Shown: positions 27,101-41,100 of the stretch, in pieces
Numbering within the stretch: the stretch's first letter is position 1
Layout: each line of letters opens with the position of its first letter
DNA from: Lingula anatina
Lineage: Eukaryota > Animalia > Brachiopoda
DNA: 64,000 nt
Direction: 5' to 3'
Assembly: GCA_051362555.1 (NCBI GenBank)
Contig: CM120641.1
Coordinates: 35,222,401-35,286,400, forward strand
Notes under the pieces: generated by a model
The model's database searches: none
What the model was told of the DNA's origin: nothing
The model's input: only the letters and a program-made list of their open reading frames with translations
Made by a program: the position numbers and the translations under genes

Positions 27101-30100
27101 TGTCTAAAAGCTTCTAAACTGATGCCTTTATCAGTTTGAAATGTAAAGAGCTGTGAAATATTTGAATAGTCTTATGCTAAGAATAGTAGAAGACAATATG
27201 TTAATACTTATCGTGATATGGTATCTTAGATGGAATAACAACATAAAAATGTGTGACATTTAACATTGGTCTGAAACTAATAAAAGGCTTGAAGTGTAAT
27301 CTTATGATATCCCAATAGAGAGATAAAATTTAAGTAAGGCTACCTATTGCTTCAATAAGTTGATCTAGACACAAAGAAATGTAGGCAATTCATTGGATTT
27401 GTTTTTCAAACAGAATATAATAGCAGTTGATATGAAGTTTTAAAAAAGCAGTACAAGTTTTCAATATTATATCTGACATGAGGTGTAGAAAACGTACATT
27501 CTCAAAATGTCTCTTGGTGTTTTCCATCAACGAATCAATCCTTTTTTAGGCATTTGGAATATTCACCTGACACTTCACCTTAGGTCAAACAAGGCAATTG
27601 TTTTGTCCGTCTTGACAATTGTCTGTGTCCTCAACTCAAACCTTGTCCTGAGACATTCTGATAAAAAAGGCACTGAGTTTTTGTATTCTCTTGCAAATAA
27701 AGCAGTGTCTCTATAAACGCCTGAAAAAAGGAGTCTTAATTTAAGCTTTTTATTAATAATTTTTTGATTGGTGTCAATAGGGAAATTGTTTTAAGCAGTT
27801 TTTAGATTTTTGTAAAGCATTTAGGTCATGATGTTTTTGAACAAAGAAAGACTTTTTGTATTTACTCGCACTACCCCTTCCCTGTATATGTTTCACGTAG
27901 GGTCAGGAATTGTCAGTCAGAATTTACAACACTATACAAAACAGATGTATGTTTATTTTATCAACTCCCGTTGAAAGGGCTAAGGTAGGGGCTTTGAAAT
28001 GGAGAGGGAACATAACATTGCCAATTGCCAGCCAACAAAAGCCATGGCTTCGTGCTGCAATGCTTCTTTGAGGTTAGCAACGCGAGGCATTGTTCACAAG
28101 AACGAGGTCACCAACAGAGGCCATATTCTTATACAATATAGAATAATACATTGACTTTGAAATGGGTTGTATTTGGTAGAAAGTACCCAGCTGGGTGGCT
28201 GTGTTTTCTTTCAAGGCATTTTCTTGAGACATGGTTTGCCATGCCTAGCTAGACATATTTTTCAGCTGTAGGCATAGGCATTATAAATGCTCCATTCTGG
28301 TTTGAGCTAAATAGTTGAAAATTTATCCAAGATAGAAACTAGCTCTCATGAACTACAACCCTCCTCCCCACCAATAAATATCAGATATATATGAATAAAT
28401 GTTTTAACCACATTATTTTGTGTTAACTGACATTAGCAGGTATTGTCCGTGGTAAATTTGACACTAGTTGTAGGGGGCTTGACTTTTGCCAAGCAGGACA
28501 TGTAAGCTGAAGTGTAAATTTACCTAATCCCACACTGGACATCAAATGCCCATTTAGAAAAGCCTTTCTGCAAATATTTTTTTGTTTGTGGGACTTTATT
28601 GTTAGGAGTGGCTAACAACTAAGAGTTTTCTCCTGTGGGTTGGATTACAGTGTTAACAATATTTGAAAACCAGACATACAGTTTCCATGCGGCTAGTGTA
28701 AACAGAAATTAATGTTAGTCACTTTTCATGCAAATTTCAGTTTGTAGAATTGATATACAATATATCATTTTGTGAGATATTAGTGACATGCAGTGATAGA
28801 TTGGTAGAAGAATAAACAAGGTAAAAAGTTCTTGTGGACATATTCATCAATGAAGTGTGTGCACATAAAAAGGTAACTTTCAGTTAAAGCAGTTCTAATG
28901 TTGAATGAGCTATTATGTGTGAACTTTTGCAGCCCGTGGAAAGTAATACAGGCCCCAGCCCAAACTGATCCTGACATTTTAAAGAGAAAATGAGATCAAA
29001 TGAGTGCTGGCCATTTCAATATCTTCATTAGGACTAAAGTTTACATTCGCTTGTGTTTGCAAATTTTATTCTTAAGACAAGTTTTACCTAATTTTTCTCA
29101 GATTCTGTGTATTCCTAAGCTCCGTAACTTGGAAGCATCGCGAATTACGACCAAGGGCAAGTGTATTTATTCCATAACTCGGGATTTACTTGCTCCATAT
29201 AATAGCCTTGAAATGAAAAGTGATATAGCAATTCGCACAAACAGCCCTGCACAAACAATGCATACTTCCTGCCTTAGGTAAGATGTAACTCACTCATGCA
29301 ACATTTATTTTGAAGATTATGAAATTTGGTTTGAATCTTACATATCTGTATATATGCTTTTCTTTTTCTTTGGTAAAAATTCATTGGTCCATTTTAAATT
29401 GAATGAAGCAGTTTCTGTTGGAGACTTCTTTAGTTACATATTTCAACACCAGAGGTCAGGACTGACAAGCATAAGGTGAAATCCTGTTTGAAATTTGATA
29501 TCACCTATCTCTCTGCAGATTGTATTGAAGTGAAATTTTGACATTTCATATAACTTGTAAGCATTGAAGATTTTTTAAGTGCACTGTAGGAATGTTTATG
29601 AAAAGCTCAGGCAATAAAAAGAAGTTAGCTATCCTCAAAAGCTCACCTTTGGCAATGTTATGTCTCTTTATTATTGATAATTTGTGAAGCTGATGCTTGT
29701 CTTTGATGAATGAAAAGAGAAAGTTAATCTCTTAAAATAAACTTGAAAGAAAAAAAAAGAATAAAAATAAAAAAAAAAGGCAAGAAAAAATAGCAATCTT
29801 GGAACCAGGATGCCTGATGTAGAGGCTCCTTGCCCTATACAATTTCTTGTTTTGAATGTTTAAGATATTTTTCTTTCCTTGCTTTTCTTCATGAGTTGTT
29901 TTGTAATGTAAAAAAGAAACTGATGGAAAATAAAGAAATTTCTGTTTGGACATTTTTGATAACTGAAACATTCATGTAAATGGATTCTCTGCATATTTTT
30001 GGATTCTAATTACATAGTATAATTATAAGCCAATGATGAAGCTTTATCTATCAAAACAGCAAAGTAATAATCAATAAGATAAATATAAAAAAGCAAATTT

Positions 30101-33100
30101 CTTCTTAGTCAGATCTGTAAAGATAAAATAGGAAAGTTGTGTGGAAGTTCAACACAGCAGGGCATATTGTGTCTGTGCTAGAGGCTCCCAGCTCCAACTC
30201 ATATCCAATTACAGACTGGTGGGAGAGTTCATGGAAAGTAGGTTGATGACTGAGAGCCGATTGGCTGGCTGCCAGGCAGAGAACACACATGAGCTTCACA
30301 ACCTCAGTACATGTCACTGAAAACACCAGCCTGGAATGTGACACTGGGCTAGCGTCACTGGAAAGAATAGATTCCATGTAGGAATGTCAGGATTTTAGAC
30401 CTTGAGAAATAGGAGAGAGATCAGTGGAGGAGTCGGGGCACAAAGAGCAAGGGTTGGATACTGTATATAGTGTGTACGCGATTAGGGAAGTGGGGTTTGT
30501 TAAAAGGGAGAAATCATCATCATCTTGTTTGGAAACCTCATGGCTCATGTGAATTATTATTGGAATATCCCAGACACAATGTATTCACAATGGAAGAGCC
30601 AGCTATTGTAGATTTACTGCCCAGTGAGATGAGGATTATTCAACATGAGTTGGAGTTCCAGAATAACTTGGACATTCTGGAGCACCGGCCGGCATGGACT
30701 CCTATGGCAGATCCAGACCTTGACTTGGACATAGTAGCCGAGTAAGTGAGTTCATGGGGAGAAAGGAAAGGTTTAGGCTCTATAAAATAAATAATATCAC
30801 ATGGGTGCCAGGGTTTTGATGTTTTTCATCTTGTTAGGTTGTTAACACAGTTTGGGCTTTAGTTTGTGATTTTATGTGAAGGGAAACAATTTACATGATC
30901 ATTTTACCAGGCAAGGCCAGTCACTCACTCAGGGTATAGTATGACTTGATTTTACACCTTTAAAATGGATTTTTTTCCTAAACTTATATTCTAGTTTTCA
31001 TTTTGATCAATGTTGCAAAGTTAGGAATGATCAACTAAACAGCATGGATGGAATGAAGGAACATAGTATAAATTATGAATCAATACATCATATCCTTTTC
31101 ATACAAAAGTAGAGCCCTGCAAATGTCATTATTATCGAGTTTCTCTATCACAGACTATAGCTGGGTCATCTGTTGATCACCTACAGAACTGTTGATTTTA
31201 AGAGTAGTATTTTGCAGTGTGTGATTTGAGTCATTCTGTGGTTTTTTTCTCAGGTCATGACTGTGAACAGTACCTGAATTCATTCATGAGTTTGGTCCAA
31301 ACATCAGTTGAATAATGTGTCTTTGTTGGTGTCACATTGATAGATGAGAAGATTTGACCGGTATGACTATTAGAACAGGACTGAGGTTGCTCTGTATCAT
31401 AAGTGAGACTGTTTTCACCTTGCGTGTCCCAAGACAGCTCACTTTCTCTTTGTTAAAAATGAAAAAAAAAAGACAAGTCATTTGCAACTACTGTGTGAGA
31501 AGGAAAAAAAAAGTTAGAGAAACCACATGTGTTTCCTGTCACACCTTAAAGTCAGCACAAAGTTCTTGACTGTTTTAGTCACCATGCATGTGTTGTAGAG
31601 ATGTTTGGGTGATGTGAAAACCCCTCGTTACCAGTGTGGTTTGAAATTTGTGGTTAAGACCTGTGGACTTTGGTTTTGTAAACATGTATAGATGCAGATT
31701 AGAAAAATACATTAATGTCATGCTTGATGTTATTTTCTAGCTAGTTTTTCTCATACAGAAAAAACAATCAGACTGTGTTGCTTTTCTTTTATCTTTCCAC
31801 AATAAAGGTTATTTGCATAATGTCAAAATTAGAATACTTTCACGAAAGTCGCAGCTGTATTTAGGCAAAAGATGAGAACAAGACATGATTGCAGTTTTTT
31901 TTTCAAAGAAAAGAGCCAGGACATGACAAAGAATATATATATATATATTTGCTAGAAGGGAAGAAAAACCAGCAACTTCGCTGTTGAGACTGGAGTAGTT
32001 AATTAAAAGTCCATATTAATTTTTACTCAACCTCCCAGTGTGCAATGAGGCTGTTAATTGTTTGTTGTTGCTCTCTTTCCACTTTCATTTCTCATTTCTT
32101 ATGGGTATTCAGTATGGAAATGATAGTGTACTGCTAATAATGTCCCATCATTTCTGTGGTCTTTAGATCTTAGATAATCTTCTCATAAGGGTATTCGGCT
32201 TGGTAGCAAAATAATGTACTGGCTGTATGTCCTCCTTTGTTCTTAATTAAAATGATAATGACAAATCACACATTTTAATTGCATATGGTCTGATTCAGTG
32301 TTTTGCCCTCTCTGGGGAAGGCCTTCAGACAGTGTAATCTCAGTGGCAAAAAAGGCACTGAGCAGAGGAGAAAAGTCACAGCATTTGAATCAAATGTGAT
32401 TATAGAAGTGATGAGAATATACTTTTTTTTTTTAAGTTCATTGAAACTGATCTTTCCATATGTTTTATTAGAATCAGTCTGAAATTTAATTTTGAGGTAG
32501 CCTTAAAACTGAACACAGAAACAACGAAGGTTATTTGCTGCTGAATGTTATTTTTGATTTGATTTTTCATTTGACTAAACAGGAGGAGTGCTCCAAGATG
32601 GGGCTTGCCTGACTTGGTCAGTTCTCTGGATATCACCATGAATTTGGTTACCAGCCGAGCTGCTGTCTTTGGAAATACAAATATGAGAGAAATGTCAAGA
32701 TGAAAAAAAAAAATACTCCAGTAATTCTACTAGAGGCTATCTGAAGATAATTTGAATGGCAGATAATAGATGAGGTGCACCTGTGCAGTTATGGGGGAAT
32801 TGCTGTATATTAGAAGCTGTTAAGGTAGCAATTTTGCACCTGGGAGAAATTTCCACTCACTTAATGACTCCGGGCTAAAAAATAATATTTGTTGTTGTAT
32901 TATACTTGTTAAAATTTGTAGTGTTAAAATAATGAGATTGTACTTTTTACCCTTCTTTGTAATCTAGACCGGGCTTTCACCTTTGAACTGTAGGGACCTT
33001 TTTTTGGTCCCAGTTGTATAAAGTAAAGTTTATACCTTTTTTATACTGTATTTGTGGACTTGTGACTTGGAAAAAGGACATCCGTTTTGATAACAGTGCG

Positions 33101-36100
33101 CCAAGGATCCTCAGAAAGTTTTTTTTACGGAAACCTTGTGTAGGAAGTTCTATAGCCACAAGTTGGCAGCATTAAAAGCTGAGCAGGAATTCCTGTACTA
33201 TTATATAACATACATTAGTATTGATGGTCTTGCAGTAATCAGAAACAGGTGGTAGTCTTGTACACCTGAGAAGTAAAAGTGAACTAATAATTTCCATATC
33301 ATGTTAATGATTGATGTAATAGATAGCAGACAGTTTAACACTGCTTTGCTATATTAAGTAGAATGAGGTCCATTATTATACTTTGGCTGTTCACTTTTCT
33401 AGTATCTTTTATATTTTCAAAGGATTAAAAAAAATCAAGCTTGGGTAGGGCTTGAAAATGATGTTGAGTAGGGGTGGGGAGATTAAATTAATTCTACATA
33501 CTAGATTGCAGGAAGTCAATGACATAAAGTGGTACATACTGCTCCATAATCAGAATTAATTTTGGTGAATAAAGAATAATGTGTCTTCAATAATTGCCAT
33601 TGATTTGGTTAAATGAAATGTTGGCAGATACGTTTTTGTCATTGATAAGTATAAATTATATGTTTGTCAATCTTTAGAAATTAAAAGATAACAAACTGCA
33701 GCACTTTATTGTGCCTAGAGGCTATTAATGAAGAGAAATATCAAAGAAATTTGACCAGCCCAATCAAATTCCAAAATATATTGTTTCTAAAATAATATGT
33801 AAAAAGAAATTGCTTTGTTAAGTGTCTAGAATGGATTAAAATGGTGCAGTGAAAATTGTTCTCCAAGAGAAACATAATGAAAATCCAGTTTGATGGAAAA
33901 ATTAACCCACCAACAATTTATCTACTTTATCTTTAAAAAGTAATTTGGCATAGAAGTTCAGTTAATTTGCTAAAACTGCAATTATACTCTGCCGAGTCTA
34001 GGAAATTATTTCACTAATACCCTGTCTATACAGGAAACAAAGCCTGTAGTATTAAAAAGTGAATGTTTTGTGTCATACTTGTTAGGTGATGCATGAATTC
34101 ATTGATGTCAGTATTATTTGATATCCAAGGTTGGTTTATAATATCATTATGCATTACCAAACCAGTCACTTGTAAAAGAAGAAGCAGATGCTTTCATTTG
34201 TAAAATAAGTGATGTTGAACCATGGGACTCAAAATGAAATTAGTCAAGAGAAAAAAGAAGAGGTGTTTTAATGCACATGACAGCAGCCTGGAGTAATCTC
34301 CATGGCGATGAAGCCGATGCATTATCTAGAACATATGGCTGGGAATTTATAGGGTTAGACTATCAATTCAATTTCAACAGCAGTCCTTTTCCATTGATGA
34401 TTAAGCCTTGTTCAGATCAATTGGTTAGAAATTCATCCTTTTATTACCTAATCTTTTACGACTAAAAGAAGGTATTATGGACTGTTATGGCAGGACATAC
34501 TTGCTTCATTTACTATATTCTTGAAGTGAAGAGTATGGCTGTGAAGTTAGGTGTGGGCATTGATTCTTAATCATAACTGAAATGCATTACTCGGTCATTA
34601 AGTACCATTAGTCAGCATAATATCAATTTCTATGGAAATTTACGTTGAATATTTCTCTTGGTTTTACTGGACCTGTTGGGGAAAAAAGACCACACCAGTC
34701 ATTAGTACTAATTCACCTTATGAAAAAAAATAAATAAATAAATAAAAAACTGAAAAGAAATTATATAAGATATTTGCAACTATGTATGTTTCATGTGACT
34801 AAGGGCTTTAAGGCATACAGGTTCCTATCACAGGTATTGTCTGTTGTATCCGGATTGGTAGTGGATGGTTTGAGAAAAAAATTAAAAAACTAAAAATTTT
34901 TTAAACTTCTGGTGCAAAGGTGATCAGAAAGTCCTTACATTATTTTGAAGATTTGCATTAGACTTTGTCATGTGCACTTATCATACATTTATTGTTTTAT
35001 TAGATTCTTTTGAAATCTTAAAATCACATTAGCGTGAAACATATAATAATGTACTTTATTTTCTGTAATTCTAAACTATTAATTTTCTTTAACAGTTGTT
35101 CTTCAAACACATTTCTTCTCTGATAATAACAAATTTGACAAAAAAAAAAAAAAAATTGTATTTACGTGTATTGATACCTGAAAACAGAAAGAAGTTTGCA
35201 GTTAAAGATGCTAAAATTGACATTTGTTTCCTCTTTAACTGTTTCAGTTCTGGGCAGGATATCCAAAGGTTAAGTGTGATCAGCAATTTACCCGACCTCC
35301 TTCGTGAGCACAATGTGGACTGCATGCGAAGAGTGGTGCCGAAAGTCAAGGTGTGTACACTTGAAATTGAGAGAAAAAAAAATCTCCTTATGGTTTATTT
35401 TCATGCACTCAGTAAGTTGGGTTTTTTTTGTGCGTCGGTTCTAAAGCCCAGCATGAATGGCACTGATACATGCAAAGAATGTGAGATGAAGCCAGGTAAG
35501 TTAGTGTCACAGACAATGCCATATGGCACCTTGTTACCTCACCAGTGACAAATGAAGGTAGGTTTTGCTCACTTTGCCTCTGAATTTTCATCAGTTGCTG
35601 GGCAGATTCTCTTGTAGTGTTACACATGCTCTGATGTATTTCCAAGATATAAATATTTGGAAGTAAAAAAGATTGCAGGTGCTGTTATGCGTTGTCATAA
35701 ACTGGTGTCTTATTGTTATACAGAACTTTATAACACACAGTCACATGCTAATATGGATAGAACCCGGAGGTTGCTTTTTTTTTCCCCTACTTTAAGCAAG
35801 ATTTTTTTTAGTAAAGTATATGTCTTACGTGCAAGATTTATGTGGCATGCTTCACTAAGAGAATGGTTGCCCTCTGCTTTATGAAAGCATCCGTGGAAAA
35901 TATGAGACCTTTGAAGAGGTTAGCCAGCCTAACATTCTGGATGCAGGCAGAGGAGAAGGCTGGGTCTTGTGGCCATTTTCCCATCAGGCTTTGACGTCAG
36001 ATGACGCAGTGCTCAGTGTGTGTAAATCTCCCGCACACCGACAATGCAGGAGAGATTAATAACAAAGATGTGAAGTTGGTTTGCTTAAAGCAACACTGGC

Positions 36101-38094
36101 AGGGATTTGTTCCCATGAATGCTTTCAACTGTGTTAGGGTGAACTGAGGCTAGAGGAATAAAAAAAAATCTGTTTAACAATTTGCTATCCCTCCAAGTTT
36201 GTCTCTTGCATGACAGTTTCTATTTTAATTTTAATTGCTGTTCCTTGCTGATAGAGATGTTGCGTGTCAGTTTTAATATTTATCTTCAGCAACATTGAAT
36301 ATAATACTTGGCCTCACAGGTAATGTGAATTAGGAAGAAAATAAGTAATCATTGCACAGGGAAGTGAACTACATGAACCTGAAGTAAAAGTCATACAGTT
36401 TAATAAATGTCAAAATTCAGAAATGAAACCCTTGAAGTATGATGATGTTTCCTTGCCTCTGAAGGACTTGATCTTGGGCGTAACCAAGTGAAGGAGAATA
36501 GAACTGACAATCTGTCAACTACACTAAACAAACATTCAGCCCATTTATCAGAAGAATGTGTCAAATTTGGATTGTAAATCCAATAACATACAGCTTCAGA
36601 ATTTGATAATGACTGCTTTGGTGTTTTTTGTGTGAGCAATATGTAATTTCTTTTCCCAAAGCATTCTTTCTCTTTTACCTTTGGAATAGAACAAGAATCT
36701 TCAAGCACTTCAAAAACATAATGAATGCTGGAACAAAGATAAAAATATATGCAGCTGTGTTTTTTTAAATACCCCTTAAACTTATGCTGTTTGTTCAGGA
36801 TAAACTCCACTGTATAACATGCTGGTAAGGGTTGTTTGGGTTATCTACTGATCAACCCCATTGTTCATACTTTTGGTGTTTCTTTATAAATAGACAGACC
36901 GATTTTAAACCAACACAGTTGGAAGTGATTTGGGACTACAGTGCGTGGTGTACAGGTGTGGAACTTTATCCTTTAACTTTATCCAGACTAACGTTATGTT
37001 TTACCAGAAGAAGGTTATGTACCAAGTGTTTGTAATATTGTTGTGCTTTGAAGTTTGGATGTTGAAATTTAAGAAATGTGTGGTATCCTGTGTACTATAA
37101 AGTCGTAGGAAGAAGCATTTGATATTGTGCTTCACAGGTTAAATTGTGTGGCCCTGCGGTTTACCAATCTGTGGTAGAGGTAAGGTCTATATATTTTATT
37201 ACCTAGATATATAAAAGAGACAGGTGATACTTGACAACTGTTACATTTTTTTCAGAGGCCACTTTGAAAATAATCTTTTTAAAAGCATCTTAGAACTTTG
37301 AAGCATATACATTTTCAAAACCAAATGCTAAATTCTTTTTTGTCTAGGCCATTCAGATTTTATTATGTTATTCACTTTTTAAGAAAATACAGAGTAAGAA
37401 TTCACTCTATTCCCTGAAATGTTTAAGTGCCTTGAATCATTGAGTGGGCAACAACCAAATGATTTGTCCATATGGTGAAATAAAAATATTAGATGCAGGA
37501 CCTAATAAATCAGGTGCTGGTATGTTAAACCAATATTTCATCAGTGCAGTTCCTGTAGCAGCAGTCCAAAATGGAATTTTCCAATAAGTTCTGTGAGTGG
37601 TCAAAAGTACCTTGAAACAAGTACTTTGAAAAGATAAATTATTATATTGTTTATCAGTATAAGGAAGAACAGAGCACATGAATGCTTATAAAAAATCACA
37701 AAAAGAACAACAAAAGTATACATAATAATGAAAAAATTGAAATGATACTTTAACTTAAAATACTTTGACTATTTGTTGCAGACAGATTACACTATCTTTG
37801 CTACAGGATCCTTATTCTTAATGTCATATTGTTACTTAATGTGCAATATTCTCATATGAAGTATTTTTGTTTGTTAGGAGGTTCTTCATGTTGCTCAACC
37901 TGAGATGCAGATTGCTGCCAGCTCTGCATTCCTCCAGATACTGCAGAAGGACATTGTTCCAGTCCAGAACTACACACAAACATTCCTACAGACAATCCTG
38001 TCTGGGTTGGACAGCAAAGATCCAGGTACAGTTCTTTCAGTTTTAGGTGTATTTGCACATGTGCTCTTATTCTTACTTTCTTTCTCTCACGCAC

Positions 38095-38131
<37 letters not shown>

Positions 38132-41100
38132 CGATGCATGCATGCATTCACACGATGCATGCATGCACACATACACACACATAGATTATCATTCAGCACA
38201 AATAGATCCACAAAAACAAGTCGACACAAACCAAGTGAGTGGCAAAAAGGACTTTCTGTTTGTGGTTTTCTAGAGCTTGCCATCAGCTTGCAGGCTTAAG
38301 TTTTGCTTTTAGTAATTCAGCTAGAGTAGCTGTCATCTAAATGAGAAGTGAAGAGGGAAATGTACTCTAGCATGCTCTTTTGGCTTTGATCTCATTCTGA
38401 GAGCAGATATTACTGTAGGTTTCAATAAAGAGGATGACAGATTAAAGAAAAATCAGTAATCTGAGCATGAAGATTGTGTCTGATTGAAAATTGCTGACAT
38501 TTTCCATTCATTCGAAAGGTAATCCTGTGATATGTGTACCTCTGCTACAAGCATTTTGTTTTTCATTCCAGATGTGGCCAACGCTTGGCTCGAAACTCTC
38601 CTAGATGTTGTGGAGCTTTTACCCAAAGAAATTATCAAAAGAGAAGTAAGTTTTGGAGAGGAGAATATGAATGGATTGAAAATTAGCTTTGTTTATTTAT
38701 TATTTAGTGAAATGGGTTTTGAGTCGTATAATTGCCAGACCAAATATGCCATAGAAGATCAGTAAAATGTTTGCGACACGTACTACCTTGTTGTTTATTT
38801 TTTCATGCAAACATAAAACAAAAAAACAAAAAACAAACAAAAACAAAAACAAAATTAACTTATGATTCAGTTGTGAACCATGAAAGTACAAATACAGGTG
38901 ATTAGGAATGTATTGATTCTTCATGAAAAATGTTGTTGTTAAAATATTTTTACCAGTAAAAGGCCATTCCTCTGTTCCCCATGAAAAACCCTGCTTGAGG
39001 CCACTTAGTGAGCTGAACATTAACAGCACACACATTGATTCTTGGAAATTGTTTGTAATACAACTAGCATTACCTAGAGTGTGGATTAGATATTTCTTTA
39101 TACCACTTTCAATGCTGATAATTAGTTGTCAGCAGAAAACTCTCTGGAGGCAAGTGGTTTTCAACTAAATTTTTTTTTCATTTCGAAACGAAAGATGAAA
39201 ATAGTCTAATTTTATTTCATAATCTAAGGCCTTGCTTACAGTGCAAGATACTGCTAGAAGCTAAAACCAATGAACTATGACAAAAGAAGAGAAATCTATG
39301 GTTTAGTTTCCTTTTTACCAAATTTTGATTGATTTGTCAATATTGTTTTATTGTGTTGAAGGAATGTGGCTTATAGGTCTCTTGCTCTTGTTTGAGTTCT
39401 TCCAGTTTGTTTGTCAGATCTACCTACATTTCTGTATTCTTCTTTAATATTGATTCGTTTTTTTATGCAGTTTTTGTTTCATGATTGTCCTGACTTACTG
39501 ATTAAAACACCCTATTACTATTGTTTTCAGTGTTTAGGTACTGCAGTGGCCAAAGGTCAACTGTCCAAGTCCGTCCAGTCAAGATTAGCTAGTTGCAGAA
39601 TATTGGGAAAAATTGCACCCAAGTTTGATGCTTTTATGTAAGTGAACTCCTTATAATTTGGAAGAAAGTGTCTTTCTTCAATGTAAGTGTCTTTCTGAAA
39701 GTTCTAATAATTTAGAAGAAAGTGTCATTCTTCTATGTAAGCTTTATGATGCAGAATAGACACATATTTTTGTTTTTCCATGTTGAAAAATAGACTTGTT
39801 GATTGTTTATTCAATTTGAACTTCTAATTTCTTATTTCAGTATCAAGAAGGAGATTCTTCCTGTAGTGCAGTCCCTGTGTCAGGACGTTGATTATGAAGT
39901 GAGGGGCTGCATGTGCAGGCAGCTAGATTCTGTTGCTAAAGGACTCGGGTAAGTTCTATTGTTGTTTACCCCTGCCATTACCAGTAGTGCAGAAAGTGAA
40001 ACTGCCCTTGAATCATACTGGTTACTGTCTTCCTGACTTGCTTAGTGGCGTTTTCTCGTATAAGTGGTCTGATAGTTGAGAGCATATTTGTGCAGGTTAT
40101 GCGTATTTCCTTTGGAACAATTCATAGACTACATTTAGGATGAAATTGGTTTTATTATATAGTGAGATGGCTCTTCTAGCTTTACCACACACAGTGACTG
40201 AGATAAAAAAAATAGAAAGAGAAAGATTTTTTTGAAGCATACGCTCCAGTTGGTCTCGGGTACTATTGTGAAAGTAATAATAACCTTGCTATCCCACCCT
40301 CTTCCTCTTGCCTTCCACAAAGACTTCCAGCTCTGAAGCATCAGAACTGGTAAAGCAGAGAAGTCGTCTCCTGCAGTGAGACGTGGTATGCAAAGTAATG
40401 CCTCTGTACAGAAGCTCTCTGCTGATAACATCCCTGAAAGATGACAAGAAATCTATGGAATGGCTTATTGGCAGTCTGGAACTAAGAGAAACGGCTTCCA
40501 CCTTGGGATCTTCTTTATGCCATGTCTTGTTTTTGGTGAGGGCAGTAAATGATGTTCAGTAATTCAGTTGGGTTTCTCTCTTGGTGGTTGGAATAAGAAT
40601 TGGGAGCAATCTTGCCCGGAGTGAAATCAATATTTTACCAGTCTCGCGTCTGTGAGAACATTCTGGATCTAGTGCCTAGAAAGACATTCAGGGTTTTCAT
40701 GCACTAATCCATACATAATATGCCTGTTAAGAGTGCCACCAACAATAACTGATAAAAAATTATTCCTTTTTAGCAAAAAAAAAAAAAAATACTTTTCACC
40801 CAATTACAGCAATGTTGTCTTCATGACTTTAAACCAAAAATTAATAAAAAAATCTTTGAAATAATTGATAAATCTATGAAATATCCAAACATTCTTTAGT
40901 TTGATAAGAATTACATTTGCAATCATGCGCAGTGCTCCCTGTAACATTCATATTGTTCTTAATGGAGACATAATCTACCAAGGTTCCGCCAAAGAACATT
41001 AAAGTCGATTCATAATCCACCTTTCGATCTGCCAGATGCCAGTTTGTACATTCTTAGTATCTTGGGATCCAACTGTCAGAATTGCAATCAATCACTAGCC

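Noticed and set aside
37852-38283. 143-aa minus-strand ORF with CVCVCV and the HTHTHT extension on the plus strand
   Set aside because: Artefacts of the (CA)n microsatellite and the antisense of PPP4R4 exon 4.
40135-40501. Overlapping minus-strand ORFs as a nested antisense gene
   Set aside because: Non-ATG starts, no recognisable domain and no consistent flanking exons.
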